Source: Polyangiales bacterium
GTDB taxonomy: Bacteria; Myxococcota_A; Polyangia; Polyangiales; Polyangiaceae
Direction: 5' to 3'
DNA: 64,000 bases
Assembly (NCBI GenBank): GCA_038231275.1
Contig: JBBRLQ010000035.1
Location: 9,059 to 73,058, forward strand
The translations under genes were made by a program, and so were the position numbers. Below the pieces are notes generated by a model. That model was not told where the DNA came from, ran no database searches, and was given only the letters and a program-made list of their open reading frames with translations. Each line of letters opens with the position of its first letter. Position 1 is the first letter of the stretch. Positions 19,307 to 29,269 of the stretch are shown here, piece after piece.

Positions 19307-21358
19307 ATGACGCGCGCGCACGACGACGACGCTCGGACGCCCGCGTGGAAGAAGGTGCTGCCGTTCGCGCTCCCCGCGGCGGCGCTCTTCTGGGTGTGCG
19401 CGGCGCGGGTGGTCGGGAAGGTCGGGCACGCGGCGGCGTCGCTCGACGACGCGTACATCCATTTTCAGTACGCGCGCGCGTTCGCCGAGGGGCATCCTCT
19501 GCGTTACCACGCGGGCGATCCGGTCTCGAGCGGCGCGACGAGCCTCTTGTGGCCTGCGACGCTCGCGCCGTTCTGGCTGCTCGGCTTGCGGGAAGGTCGG
19601 CTGGTGTGGGCGGCGTGGGCGCTGTCGTTCGCGGCGCTCGGCGCGCTGTCGTACGAGGTCTTTCGTCTCACGCGGCGCCTCACCGGGCTTCCGTCGGCGG
19701 TCTCTGCGAGCGCGATGGTGTTCGCGTCGAGCGCGCTCGTGTGGAGCGCGGCGAGTGGGATGGAGGTCGTGCCGCTCGCGTGGATGATCGCGCGGACGGT
19801 CCGCGTCTCGAGCGAGTGGGCGGAGGCGCTGCCCGCCGAGCGCACGGTGCGGACACGGCGCGAGCTCGTGCTCCTCGCGTTCGCGCTCCCGCTCATGCGG
19901 CCGGAAGGGGCCATTTTTTCGCTGTTCGCGGGCGCGACGCTCGCGCGGTTTCCACGCGACGGGTCTCGCGTCGAGCGCGCGAAGGCGCTGCCCGCCCTGC
20001 TCGCTCCTCTTCTCTTGCCGCTCCTCCTCCTCGTGACGACCGGGACGGCGCGCTCGTCGACGATGGAGGTGAAGCTCCTCGCGTACAGCCCTTACTACCC
20101 GGCGGGGGTCTTCGCCGACACGGTCATCGCCAACGTCCGCGTCTTGGTGGGCACGCTCCTGAACGGCGATGTATGGTCGCAGGAGTTTTTGCCCGCGCAC
20201 GGGGCGCCGCTGTGGATGGGCGGGCTGGTCGCGATCGTCGCGATGGGCCTCCAGCGTCGCGTGAAGTGGCGCGCGGCCGGCGTCCTCTTGATCGCGCTCG
20301 CGATGTTCGTGCCGTGCGTCTACGACACGTTCCTCTGGAATCGGCTGCGCTACTTGTGGCCCTTCTTCCCGGGCTGGCTCATCGGCGCGGCGTGCGCGGC
20401 GGAGCTCGTGTCCGACGTCCTCGCGTCGATCCGGCCGCGGTGGAAGGTGACCGGAGCGCTCCTCTGTGGCGCCGTCGTGGGCGCGCTGGCGATGCATCTG
20501 GATTTCGCGATCGACGACGTCGCGGAGTCGGCGAGCGGGATCGATCGCCAGCAAGCCGAGCTCGGTCGATGGGCCAAGCGGACGCTCCCTCCCGAAGCGC
20601 GCCTGGGTGTGAACGACACCGGCGCGATCGCGTACTTCGGCGAGCGGCGTACGTTCGACGTCGTCGGCCTCACAACGCCGGAGGAGGCGCGGTACTGGGT
20701 GGCCGGCGCCGGCTCGCGCCTCGAGCACTATGAGACGCTGCTGCGCGACGCGCCTTCGCGCTTGCCGACCCATTTCATCGTCTACCCGGAGTGGATGGTG
20801 TGCGACGCGGTGCTAGGACCGCTCCTCACCGAGGCCGTCGTGCGCGACGCGACGATCCTCGGCGGCCCCGTCATGCGCGCGTTCGACGCCGACTATTCGC
20901 GGCTGGGGAGCGGTGAGCGCCCGTGGTCGTCCGCCGGCGAGCCGAAGGATACTCTCGACGTCGCCGATCTCGAGAGCGAGCGCGCCCACGGGTACGAGCT
21001 GCTCGGCGCGGCGGCCGGCGAGCAGCTCGCGCGCGTCGGCGAGGCACCCGACAATCGACCGGTCGTCGACGGCGGCCGCACCAAACGCGCTCGCGAGCGC
21101 TTCTCGATACGGATCCCCGCGGGTGCAACGGCGCTCGTCGCGCGGGTGGAGGCCGAGGCGACCGCCCGCGCGCGCGTTTCGTTCGACGGCGCCGCGATCG
21201 GCACCCTCGACGTGCCGGGCGAGGGATGGAGCGAGGTGAGCCTGGATCTTCTCGTCCTCCCCGCCCTGCCCGCGCGCTCGGCTTCGCAGGGCGACTCCGT
21301 CCGCGTCGAGATCGCGAGCGACGTCCCGCTCACGGTCTACCACTACTGGATCATGTGA
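19307..21358 (+). CDS. Polytopic membrane glycosyltransferase (GT-C-like)
   Basis: LDDAYIHFQYAR, GATSLLW, SGME, RPEG, DTGAIAYF...DVVGLT; many TM helices; start moved to ATG 19307. Confidence 0.7.
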   Translation: MTRAHDDDARTPAWKKVLPFALPAAALFWVCAARVVGKVGHAAASLDDAYIHFQYARAFAEGHPLRYHAGDPVSSGATSLLWPATLAPFWLLGLREGRLVWAAWALSFAALGALSYEVFRLTRRLTGLPSAVSASAMVFASSALVWSAASGMEVVPLAWMIARTVRVSSEWAEALPAERTVRTRRELVLLAFALPLMRPEGAIFSLFAGATLARFPRDGSRVERAKALPALLAPLLLPLLLLVTTGTARSSTMEVKLLAYSPYYPAGVFADTVIANVRVLVGTLLNGDVWSQEFLPAHGAPLWMGGLVAIVAMGLQRRVKWRAAGVLLIALAMFVPCVYDTFLWNRLRYLWPFFPGWLIGAACAAELVSDVLASIRPRWKVTGALLCGAVVGALAMHLDFAIDDVAESASGIDRQQAELGRWAKRTLPPEARLGVNDTGAIAYFGERRTFDVVGLTTPEEARYWVAGAGSRLEHYETLLRDAPSRLPTHFIVYPEWMVCDAVLGPLLTEAVVRDATILGGPVMRAFDADYSRLGSGERPWSSAGEPKDTLDVADLESERAHGYELLGAAAGEQLARVGEAPDNRPVVDGGRTKRARERFSIRIPAGATALVARVEAEATARARVSFDGAAIGTLDVPGEGWSEVSLDLLVLPALPARSASQGDSVRVEIASDVPLTVYHYWIM

Positions 21359-21366
21359 ATCGATCG

Positions 21367-21383
21367 CCGGCACACCTGTTGCG
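21367..21383 (+). promoter_or_regulatory. Candidate sigma54 -24/-12 promoter
   Basis: CCGGCACACCTGTTGCG, GG-N10-GC spacing, ~115 bp before the DUF2330 gene. Confidence 0.5.
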
Positions 21384-21499
21384 TTATCGCGGCACGTGGA
21401 CTTGCTTCTTCGCAATCTCAAGCATTCGGCGCATGGCGATCGAACAGCGGGTTACGCGCCCCTGTCACCGTTGTCATGCCTCGGGGAGGACTTCGCGTG

Positions 21500-23056
21500 A
21501 TGCGTCACCTTGGCTTTTCTTCCAGTGTTCTCGTCACGCTCTCGGCTCTCGCGGCGTTCGCCGTCGTCACAACGGCCCCCGCGGACGCGCAGGCGTGTGG
21601 TGGGTGCTTTCACGAGCCTCCGCCCAACCCGACCGAGGCCACCGTCGTGACCGACCATCGAATGGCCTTCGCGCTGTCGCAGCGTCAGACCGTCCTCTGG
21701 GATCAGGTCAAATACGCCGGCAATCCGAGCGAGTTCGTGTGGGTGCTGCCTGTCCACCCCGGCACGCGCATCGAGCTCTCGCACGATCAGTGGCTCGCCG
21801 CGCTCGACGCGAGCACGCAGCCGATCATCAAGGAGCCGCCTCCTCCGACGTACACGGGCGGCTACGGCAACGACTACGGTGGGGGCGGCGGGTGCGGATG
21901 CATGATGAACAGCGCTTCGTCGGAGTCGCTCAGCGGGGCCAACGGGGTGGGCGACGCCGCCGCCGCGCCGCCGCCGGTCGACGTCGTGTCGCAGCAGGTC
22001 GTCGGTCCGTACGAGACGGTGACGCTTCGCTCGACCGATCCCAAGGCGCTCGAGAGTTGGCTCCTCGGCCACGGGTACGACATCCCCACGAGCGTCCAGC
22101 CGATCATCGACGCGTACACCGGCGAGGGCTTCGACTTCATCGCGCTCCGCCTCCGCCCCGGCCAAGGTGTGCGCGCGATGCAGCCCGTGCGAATCGTCAG
22201 CCCCGGCGCCGATCCGTCGCTCCCGCTCCGCATGGTCGCCGCCGGCGTCGGGCAGAACGTCGGCCTCACGCTCTACGTCATCGGCGAGGGCCGGTACGAA
22301 GCGCAGAATTTCCCCAACGCCGTGCTCGACGACACGAAGCTCGTCTGGAACTACGGACAGAGCCGCTCGAACTACCAAGAGCTCGTGACCGGACTCATGG
22401 CGGACAACGCAGGGCGCACGTGGGTCACCGAGTACTCGAAGCGACCGGGCGTCTTCGTGACCGGCGGGAATTTCCAGGGCGGTACGCCGAACCCCCAGCC
22501 CGTCAACGCGTCCGGCAACCCGTCGCTCGCGAACGCGTACTTCGCCGGATGCGGCTCGTACGTTCCTCCGTTCACGTTCCAGGACGCCGACGGCGGCGGA
22601 GGCCTCGACGGCTCGAGTGACGGCGCGTCCAACGACGGATCGGCGGACGCATCCTCCGATGCGCCGAGCGATGGCGCGACGGACGCGAGCGGTGGGCACG
22701 ACGCGGGCACGGACTCCGGCATCATCGGCGAGCCCGACGGCGGCGCGTGCGTCGGCGCGTGCTGCGACTTCGACGATCTCAACCTCGCGATGACCGGCCT
22801 CAGCTCGCGGGACGTCGTCGTGACCCGCCTCCGTGCGTACCTGCCCGTCGACGCGCTGAAGATCGGCGACCTCCGCCTCATCGCGTCGGCAACCCAGAGC
22901 AACGTCGAGAACGTGCATGTCGCGAAGTCGCCCAACTCGCCGACGCCGACGGGAGCAGGCGTCGCGCCGATCCAGCCGTCCAAGACGGGCACCGTCATCA
23001 CGCTCGGCGCCGCCCTCTTCGCGGTCGCGAGCATGCTCCGTCGCAAGCGCCGCTGA
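21500..23056 (+). CDS. DUF2330 family protein with C-terminal TM/basic tail
   Basis: ACGGCF, 'TDHRMAF', 'FVWVLPV', 'VGPYETVTL', 'LPLRMVAAG', 'VTRLRA'; ends in hydrophobic stretch + RRKRR; GGAGG RBS. Confidence 0.8.
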   Translation: MRHLGFSSSVLVTLSALAAFAVVTTAPADAQACGGCFHEPPPNPTEATVVTDHRMAFALSQRQTVLWDQVKYAGNPSEFVWVLPVHPGTRIELSHDQWLAALDASTQPIIKEPPPPTYTGGYGNDYGGGGGCGCMMNSASSESLSGANGVGDAAAAPPPVDVVSQQVVGPYETVTLRSTDPKALESWLLGHGYDIPTSVQPIIDAYTGEGFDFIALRLRPGQGVRAMQPVRIVSPGADPSLPLRMVAAGVGQNVGLTLYVIGEGRYEAQNFPNAVLDDTKLVWNYGQSRSNYQELVTGLMADNAGRTWVTEYSKRPGVFVTGGNFQGGTPNPQPVNASGNPSLANAYFAGCGSYVPPFTFQDADGGGGLDGSSDGASNDGSADASSDAPSDGATDASGGHDAGTDSGIIGEPDGGACVGACCDFDDLNLAMTGLSSRDVVVTRLRAYLPVDALKIGDLRLIASATQSNVENVHVAKSPNSPTPTGAGVAPIQPSKTGTVITLGAALFAVASMLRRKRR

Positions 23057-23064
23057 AACGACGA

Positions 23065-23105
23065 CGCCCCCCTCCCGACGAACGGGAGAGGGGCGCGGTT
23101 TTTTT
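23065..23105 (+). terminator. Rho-independent terminator
   Basis: Stem cgcccc-c-ctcccg / loop acgaa / cgggag-a-ggggcg followed by a T7 run, just after stop 23056. Confidence 0.8.
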
Positions 23106-23119
23106 CCTGCGATGAAGAG

Positions 23120-24283
23120 CTACTTCTTCGGGTCGGCCTTCTGCGTCGTCTTCGGGTCGGCCTTCGGCGTCGCCTTCGGGTCGGCCTTCGGCGTCGCCTT
23201 CGCGGCGCCCGGCGCGGTCGGCGGCTTCATCAGGCCGAACTGCATCAGCAGCTCGACGCCGTTGCCGTAGCTCCAGCCCTTGACGATCTTGCCGTCCTTC
23301 ATCTGCGCGATGTCGACGCCGTGCAGCGTGACGGGCTTCTTCGTCTGCGACGTGAGCCCCATGAGCGCGCCCTTCGGCGTGCCGGTGATCGTGTACTCGG
23401 CGATCGCGAAGTCTTCGACGCCCCAGACGTTCGACTGCGGCGACTTCAGATCGGGGAACGCCGTCATGAAGGCCTTCCAGTACTTCACCGTCTCGGCTTT
23501 GCCCTTGGAGGGCGCCGGCGCCATGAAGTCGTCCCACACGACGTCGTCGGTGACCATCTCGCCCATCGCCTTGTCGTCCTTCTTCTCGAAGGCGGCGTAG
23601 CCGGACTTCATCGCGTCGACTTCCTTGTCCTCGGCAGCGTCCGACTTCGCCCAATGCCACTCGATGCTGGTCGGCAGCGCCGGGATCGCGCGGGCCTTCG
23701 CCTTGGAGACGCCGATCTGCGCGAGCATCGTGCCCACGTCCATGTAGCGGTGCTCTTCCTTGATCTTGCCGTCGCCGTTGACCCACAAGATGCTGAGGCC
23801 CATGTAACCGACCGGCTTCTCGGTCGCTTTGATGCCCATCAGGTCGCCCGAGTGCGTGGCGTTGTCGACCCACTCGCACACCATCACGTCGCCCTTCGCC
23901 CAGACGCGCGCGATGCCCATCTTGACGTTCGGGAACGCGTCGAAGAACTTCTTCGACTCGGCGGTGATCACTTCTTTGCCCTTCATCGGCTCGGGCGCGC
24001 CGGCCATCACGACGGTCGCGTCGTCAGCGTAGGCGGACGCGAGCTTCGCGGCGTCGTGGCCGTTGATGCCGTCCGAAACGGTGCCAAGGAGGGCCTTCGC
24101 CGCGTCTTGCGGAGACGCCTTCGCCGGCATGGTGTCCGCGGGCGGAGTCGGCATGTCCGCGACCGGAGCGGAGGGCGTCACGGCCGGCGCCGGCGGCGCT
24201 TCGACCGGCTTCTGAGTTTCTGCACCGCCGCCACACGCGGCCACGAGAACACCAAGAACGAGACTTCCAACAATCGTACGCAT
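23120..24283 (-). CDS. Lipoprotein with two SnoaL/ester-cyclase (NTF2-like) domains
   Basis: VAAC lipobox; 'FFDAFPNVK...ATHSGDLMGIKATEKPV' and second domain 'FMTAFPDLK...DGKIVKGWSY'; GAGGAGG RBS. Confidence 0.8.
   Translation of the reverse strand: MRTIVGSLVLGVLVAACGGGAETQKPVEAPPAPAVTPSAPVADMPTPPADTMPAKASPQDAAKALLGTVSDGINGHDAAKLASAYADDATVVMAGAPEPMKGKEVITAESKKFFDAFPNVKMGIARVWAKGDVMVCEWVDNATHSGDLMGIKATEKPVGYMGLSILWVNGDGKIKEEHRYMDVGTMLAQIGVSKAKARAIPALPTSIEWHWAKSDAAEDKEVDAMKSGYAAFEKKDDKAMGEMVTDDVVWDDFMAPAPSKGKAETVKYWKAFMTAFPDLKSPQSNVWGVEDFAIAEYTITGTPKGALMGLTSQTKKPVTLHGVDIAQMKDGKIVKGWSYGNGVELLMQFGLMKPPTAPGAAKATPKADPKATPKADPKTTQKADPKK
23127..23202 (-). repeat. 24-bp tandem repeat x3 (KATPKADP)
   Basis: ttcgggtcggccttcggcgtcgcc units at 23127, 23151, 23175 (first has 2 mismatches). 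Confidence 0.8.
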
Positions 24284-24374
24284 GGCTTCAATCCTCCTCA
24301 TTCGTGACACACACGCGAAGGGCCTGACCGCGCCCTCCTCCTCTTTTTTTGCTTCTTTTCTGCATTCGCCGTCT

Positions 24375-25460
24375 TCATTTCTTCGGCGCCGCCGCGGGGG
24401 TCGCCTTTGGCGCGGGGGCGATCTGCGTCGCGAGCTCGCGCCCGTCGCCGTAGCTCCACCCGTGCGCGACCTTGCCGTCCTTCATCTGCACGACATCCGC
24501 CGCGTGGAGCACGATCGCCTTCTTCGAGGCCTTGTGCGTGGCGCGGATGGTGTGCTCGCTGACGACGTAGTCTTCGATTCCCCAGACGCCTTGCGCTTCG
24601 ACCTTCGCGTCGGGGAGCTGCGTCGTGAACTCCTTCAGCCATTTGCGCGCGTCGCTCTGGCCGCGCATGCCGAGGGGCTGGGTCATGTCGTCGTACGCCA
24701 CGTCGTCTTGGTGCACCGCGATGTAGTCCACCTCGTTCTTGTCGCCGATCGCCGCGAGCGCGCGCTTCCAGGTCGCCTCGTCGCGCTCTTCGCTCGCCGC
24801 GCCGGCCGCGGTCTTCCACTCGGGAGACGACGACAGGACCGGGATCGCGCGGACCTTCGCCTTCGACGCGCCGATCTGCGAGAGGATCGTCGCGTCGTCG
24901 GCGTAGCGGTGCGCCTCTTTCACGAGGCCGCTGTCGGGATCGAAGGTGAGGATCGTGAGGCCGTTCAGGCCGACCGGCTTTTCGGTGGCCTTCACGCCGA
25001 GGAAATCGCCGGAGTGCGTGCCGGTCATCGCCCACTCGACGGCGACGGTGTCCCCCTTCACGAGCACGCGGGTCGGCGCGATCTTGAGGCTCGAGATCGC
25101 GTCGAAGAGGCGCTGAACGCCGGCGGCGATTTCCAGTCGGCCCTTGCGGGGCTCGGCCCCGGGGAGGACGAGCGCGCCGTCCACCACGAAGAGACCGGCG
25201 AAGCGCTTCGCGTCGTGTTGGTTGAGCGCCTCGAAGTACGCGGGGAGGCTCTGCTTCGCGGCCTCCGCGGTCGTCATCTTGGGGACCGGCGTGGCCTCCG
25301 CAGTGGAGACGGGGTTGGGCGGCGGCGGCGCGGGAAGGGGCAGGTTGCTCGGCCGCGTCGGCACGGCCGCGGGCGCCGGAGGTTCTCCTCCGCACGCGGA
25401 GACCTGCGCCGCGAGCGCGAGAGCGAGAGCGAGCATGTGCAGCGGCCGATCGAGACGCAT
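24375..25460 (-). CDS. Paralogous double-SnoaL lipoprotein
   Basis: VSAC lipobox; shares THSGD-x-GxKATEKPV, QIGxSKAKxRAIP, VWGxED, QMKDGK-x-GWSYG with neighbour. Confidence 0.8.
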   Translation of the reverse strand: MRLDRPLHMLALALALAAQVSACGGEPPAPAAVPTRPSNLPLPAPPPPNPVSTAEATPVPKMTTAEAAKQSLPAYFEALNQHDAKRFAGLFVVDGALVLPGAEPRKGRLEIAAGVQRLFDAISSLKIAPTRVLVKGDTVAVEWAMTGTHSGDFLGVKATEKPVGLNGLTILTFDPDSGLVKEAHRYADDATILSQIGASKAKVRAIPVLSSSPEWKTAAGAASEERDEATWKRALAAIGDKNEVDYIAVHQDDVAYDDMTQPLGMRGQSDARKWLKEFTTQLPDAKVEAQGVWGIEDYVVSEHTIRATHKASKKAIVLHAADVVQMKDGKVAHGWSYGDGRELATQIAPAPKATPAAAPKK

Positions 25461-25554
25461 CGAAGGGGGCCCCCTTGCCCCGGACGGCGTCAAATCGCCC
25501 CTTTGCGGCCTCACGTCAAGGCCCGAAGTCCGCGCGTCGTGGTATGCGTTCGGC

Positions 25555-26499
25555 GTGCGCGCGAGACCTCTCGGGAAAACGGGGCTCGTCGTGTCCGAGC
25601 TGGCGCTGGGAACCTGGGGCCTCTCCGGAGACGGCTACGCCAAAGTAGAGCCAGAGGCCGCGGAGAAGCTCGTTCGCCGCGCGCTCGACATCGGCGTCAC
25701 GCTGATCGAGACCGCCGACTCGTACGCGGGCGGTCACACCGAGCTCCTGCTCGGCAAGATCCTCGAGGGCAACAAGGACGTCTTCGTGTCCACGCGCGTC
25801 GGCACCGACTGCACGAGCACACCGCCGCGCAAGCGCTTCGAGCCGGAGTATCTGCGTGCGTCGGTCGAAAAGTCGCTGAAGCGCCTGCGCCGCGAGCGAA
25901 TCGATCTCTACATGCTCCACAACCCGAGCCTCGAGTGCGTGTCGCTCGGCGAGGCGACGGGGACGATGGCGGCGCTCGTGAAGGAGGGCAAGGTTGCCCA
26001 CTGGGGCGTGTCCGCCGGCGATTTCGAGATCGCGAACGCGTCGCTCGACAAGGGCGCCGAGGTCCTCGAGCTCGCGTACAACCTGCTCCACTCGATCGAT
26101 CTGCACCGCGCATCGGGCGACATCATGGTCGCGAGGGCCGGCGTGCTCGCGCGCTCGGTGCTCAACTACGGGATGCTCGCCGGCATGTGGAGCAAAGAGA
26201 AGGAGTTCCCGACCGGGGATCATCGCGCCGATCGCTGGACGCGCCTCGAATTCGAGAAGCGCCTCGAGCACCTCGACGCCGTTCGCTTCCTCGTGAAGGC
26301 CGACGTGCTCACGCTCCGTGCGGCGGCGGTGCGCTTCGTGCTGTCGAGCCACCTCGTGACGAGCGCCGTGCTCGGACCGCGCACCGTCGAGCAGCTCGAG
26401 CAGCTCGTGCGCGAGACCGGCGGCGGGCCGCGCTACCTCTCCGACGACGATCTCGCTGCACTCCCGCGCTTCCTCGCCAAGGTGGGGATCGCGACGTGA
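25555..26499 (+). CDS. Aldo/keto reductase
   Basis: RPLGKTGLVVSELALGTW, ETADSY, SLKRL...IDLYMLH, GVS; GTG 25555. Confidence 0.9.
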   Translation: MRARPLGKTGLVVSELALGTWGLSGDGYAKVEPEAAEKLVRRALDIGVTLIETADSYAGGHTELLLGKILEGNKDVFVSTRVGTDCTSTPPRKRFEPEYLRASVEKSLKRLRRERIDLYMLHNPSLECVSLGEATGTMAALVKEGKVAHWGVSAGDFEIANASLDKGAEVLELAYNLLHSIDLHRASGDIMVARAGVLARSVLNYGMLAGMWSKEKEFPTGDHRADRWTRLEFEKRLEHLDAVRFLVKADVLTLRAAAVRFVLSSHLVTSAVLGPRTVEQLEQLVRETGGGPRYLSDDDLAALPRFLAKVGIAT

Positions 26500-27329
26500 C
26501 GAAGGTGGCCGGCACCGCCTACGCGCGCGCCGACGTCCTCACGCGCGCCCTGGCGATCGCCGCCGAGGCGAGCGTCATCGTGATGGACGTGTACACGGGC
26601 GGCGGCGCGTTCGACGTCGAGTACAAGGGCAAGAACGATCCCGTCACGCGCGCCGACAAGCTCGCCAACCTCCACATCACGCGCGCGCTCGCCGAGGCGT
26701 TCCCTGGCGTGCCGATCGTCGCGGAGGAGAGCGATCCCGCGGCGTACGCCGGCTTCGAGGCGGCGCCGAGCGCGTTCTTCGTCGACCCACTCGACGGGAC
26801 GCGCGAGTTCGTCGCAAAAAATGGGCAATTCGCCGTGATGATCGGCCTCGCCGAGGAAGGGCGCGCGACGCTCGGCGTGGTCGCGTGGCCTGCGCTCGGG
26901 CGCACGTTCGCGGGGGAAGGAGGACGCGCGTTCGAGGTGACGGCCGGCGTGACGCGCGAGGTGCGTGTGTCCGTGACCGCTGCGCTCGCGCAGGCGCGCG
27001 TGGTCGTCTCGCGCTCGCATCGCGCCGAGAGGACGGGCGAGCTCCTCGCGCAGCTCGGCGCGGCGAAGGTCGATCAAGTAGGCAGCGCGGGAGTGAAAGG
27101 GACGCTCGTCGCGTGCGGCGAGGCCGACGTCTACCTCCACCCAGGCGTCGCCGGCAAGCGCTGGGACTCCTGCGCGCCAGAGGCGATCGTCCGCGCCGCC
27201 GGGGGCGAGGTCACCGACGCGCTCGGGGTCCCCTTCGACTACCGCACCGCCTCACTGGTGAACGCCGACGGAATGCTCGCGACGAACGGCCTCCTCCACG
27301 CCGCCGTCCTCGCGCGCACGACGGCCTGA
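26496..27329 (+). CDS. cysQ: 3'(2'),5'-bisphosphate nucleotidase / inositol monophosphatase family
   Basis: PVTRAD, AEE, DPLDGTREF, SRSH, GSAGVK, WDSCAPEAI; GTGA overlap with AKR stop. Confidence 0.8.
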   Translation: MTKVAGTAYARADVLTRALAIAAEASVIVMDVYTGGGAFDVEYKGKNDPVTRADKLANLHITRALAEAFPGVPIVAEESDPAAYAGFEAAPSAFFVDPLDGTREFVAKNGQFAVMIGLAEEGRATLGVVAWPALGRTFAGEGGRAFEVTAGVTREVRVSVTAALAQARVVVSRSHRAERTGELLAQLGAAKVDQVGSAGVKGTLVACGEADVYLHPGVAGKRWDSCAPEAIVRAAGGEVTDALGVPFDYRTASLVNADGMLATNGLLHAAVLARTTA

Positions 27330-27345
27330 CGTCTCGCTTCCCCCG

Positions 27346-29241
27346 CTACGGTCCTCGCGGAGTCAGGCCGAACGCGGCGTTGACGCGATCGACCATCGGA
27401 CGGCACCACGGGTCCACCGACGGCGTGGCCTCGGAGGGGTGGCGCGCGAGATCGAAGCACGTGAAGGTGTTGAACCCTCCCCCCGGCGGCCCCACGACCT
27501 TGCGCTCGCCCTGCATCGCGCCGACGAGCGGAATGTCCGGCTCCCACACGGCGGACGTCGTCCCCATGAGCGCGAACGGCTCCTCCGCGGCGCGTGCACG
27601 GACCAGCGATCGGGCGCTCGGATCGACGAACGGCAACGCGGCGCGATCCACAGCGAGGAGATCGGTGATCGTCGCGTGAATGTCCTGGAGGAAGGTGCGC
27701 GTGCCGGCGTACGCCGTGAGCGACGCGCGCTCGGCGTCGTCGAGCGCGTGAGGCCCGGCGACGAGCCAGCCCGGCACCCGGATCTCCTGCTCGAAGAGCG
27801 AGTGGTTGTGGTAGACGGCGCCGTGCTCGCGGAACTGCTCCCCGTGATCGGAGAGCACGACGACCACCGTGTCGTCCCAGCTCGGGAGCGTCCGCAGCTC
27901 ACGCAGCATGCCGGCGATGGTGCGCTCCTGGAGCAGAACCGCGTTTTTGTACCGGTTGTGGAACTGCGTCGGATCTCCCATCGGATCGTCGGAGTCGGGC
28001 GAGAAGGGCCGCAGCCCCGCGTCGGTGCGGTACGGCGCATGCGTGTTCGACAGGTGCACGACGGCGAAATACGGAGACGCGCCCGCCTCGCGCGCGAACC
28101 GTAGTCCGTCCGCCGTCGCGCGCTCGTCCGGCGCGCCCAGGTGCTCCTGCTCGATGCCGCCGAGGTCCGCGCCGGTGACGAGGTGATCGATCCCCGCGCG
28201 CTGTACGAACGCAGAGAAATTCTCGTAGCTCGCGTTCTGCGACGTCACGTACGCCGTACGGTACCCGGCCGCGCGCGCCACCTCCCACAGCACCGGCGCG
28301 GTGTGCGCGGTCTTGAAGTCGGTCGCCGGAGAGAGGCCCGTCCACAGGATCATGCACGCGGTGAACGTGTTGGGGGCCTGCGTCGTCAACCGCCCCAGCG
28401 GGATGCGATCGACGGCGCCGTCGTCGAGGAATCGCGAGACGCACGTGGGCGGCGGAAAGGAACACATCGCGTCGGAGCGCACGCTCTCCGTGAGGAGCAC
28501 GATCACGTTTCGTGGCCGCTCGCGCAGGGAAGCGAGCTTCGGCAGCGTCACAGGAGTGCGCACGGCCATCCCCTGACGCGCGCGAACGTCGCCGGTCAGC
28601 AGCGCCTCGAACGCGTGCGCGGCGCCGTGCGCGAAGCAGACGTCCGGCGTCGACGCCTGCAAAAAACGGCTGTCGACGCCCTCGAAGAGCACGCACCCGA
28701 CGGCCGCGAGGTACGTGACGACCGCGAGGACCGGCGGATACCCCTTCGCGACCGGCGAGACGCGCCGCGCGATCGCGACGAGACCGGCGGTGAGAAGCGC
28801 GCCCAAGGCGACGACCATCCCGAAGCGCGCCGGGCTCCCCCACGACACGAGCCACCCGCCGACGGTCCCGCGCAGCGCGATGCCGAGGCGCACCGTGTCG
28901 CGACCGACGTAGCCGTGGAAGACGAGGTAGTAGAGCGCCTGCCCGCCGTACGCGAACGTCGTCACCGGAAGCACGACGATCGCGAAGACGGCGACGACGA
29001 GCCGCGGGCGCGTCGACCACAATCGAGCGGCGAGCCACATCGGCAGGAACCAAAGAGCCGCGCCTACCAGCAGCGAGCTGAAGTAAATCGCCTTCCCCGC
29101 CGGCCGAAATCCCCAGAGGAGCGATCCGCGCAGAACCACGTCGAGCGCGAACGCCACCGCCGTCGGCGCCAGCAGCGGCAGGAGCGCGCGCGGCTCGGCG
29201 CCAATGAGCGCACGCCTCACGCGCGCGAAGCGAGATTCCAC
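27346..29241 (-). CDS. Membrane-anchored sulfatase / LtaS-like phosphotransferase
   Basis: N-terminal TM helices, NVIVLLTESVRSD, APNTFT, THAPY, SDHGE, H-NHS. Confidence 0.8.
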   Translation of the reverse strand: MESRFARVRRALIGAEPRALLPLLAPTAVAFALDVVLRGSLLWGFRPAGKAIYFSSLLVGAALWFLPMWLAARLWSTRPRLVVAVFAIVVLPVTTFAYGGQALYYLVFHGYVGRDTVRLGIALRGTVGGWLVSWGSPARFGMVVALGALLTAGLVAIARRVSPVAKGYPPVLAVVTYLAAVGCVLFEGVDSRFLQASTPDVCFAHGAAHAFEALLTGDVRARQGMAVRTPVTLPKLASLRERPRNVIVLLTESVRSDAMCSFPPPTCVSRFLDDGAVDRIPLGRLTTQAPNTFTACMILWTGLSPATDFKTAHTAPVLWEVARAAGYRTAYVTSQNASYENFSAFVQRAGIDHLVTGADLGGIEQEHLGAPDERATADGLRFAREAGASPYFAVVHLSNTHAPYRTDAGLRPFSPDSDDPMGDPTQFHNRYKNAVLLQERTIAGMLRELRTLPSWDDTVVVVLSDHGEQFREHGAVYHNHSLFEQEIRVPGWLVAGPHALDDAERASLTAYAGTRTFLQDIHATITDLLAVDRAALPFVDPSARSLVRARAAEEPFALMGTTSAVWEPDIPLVGAMQGERKVVGPPGGGFNTFTCFDLARHPSEATPSVDPWCRPMVDRVNAAFGLTPRGP

Positions 29242-29248
29242 GGCGCGG

Positions 29249-29263
29249 AGGTTAGCGTAAGCT
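29249..29263. promoter_or_regulatory. Back-to-back -10 elements of divergent genes
   Basis: TAACCT on minus (29254-29249) and TAAGCT on plus (29258-29263), 7 and 6 nt from the respective GTG starts. Confidence 0.55.
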
Positions 29264-29269
29264 ACGTGC

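Noticed and set aside
24282..26495. 5' part of the 1015-aa ORF ending in cysQ
   Set aside because: Overlaps real SnoaL and AKR genes in other frames; not a fusion
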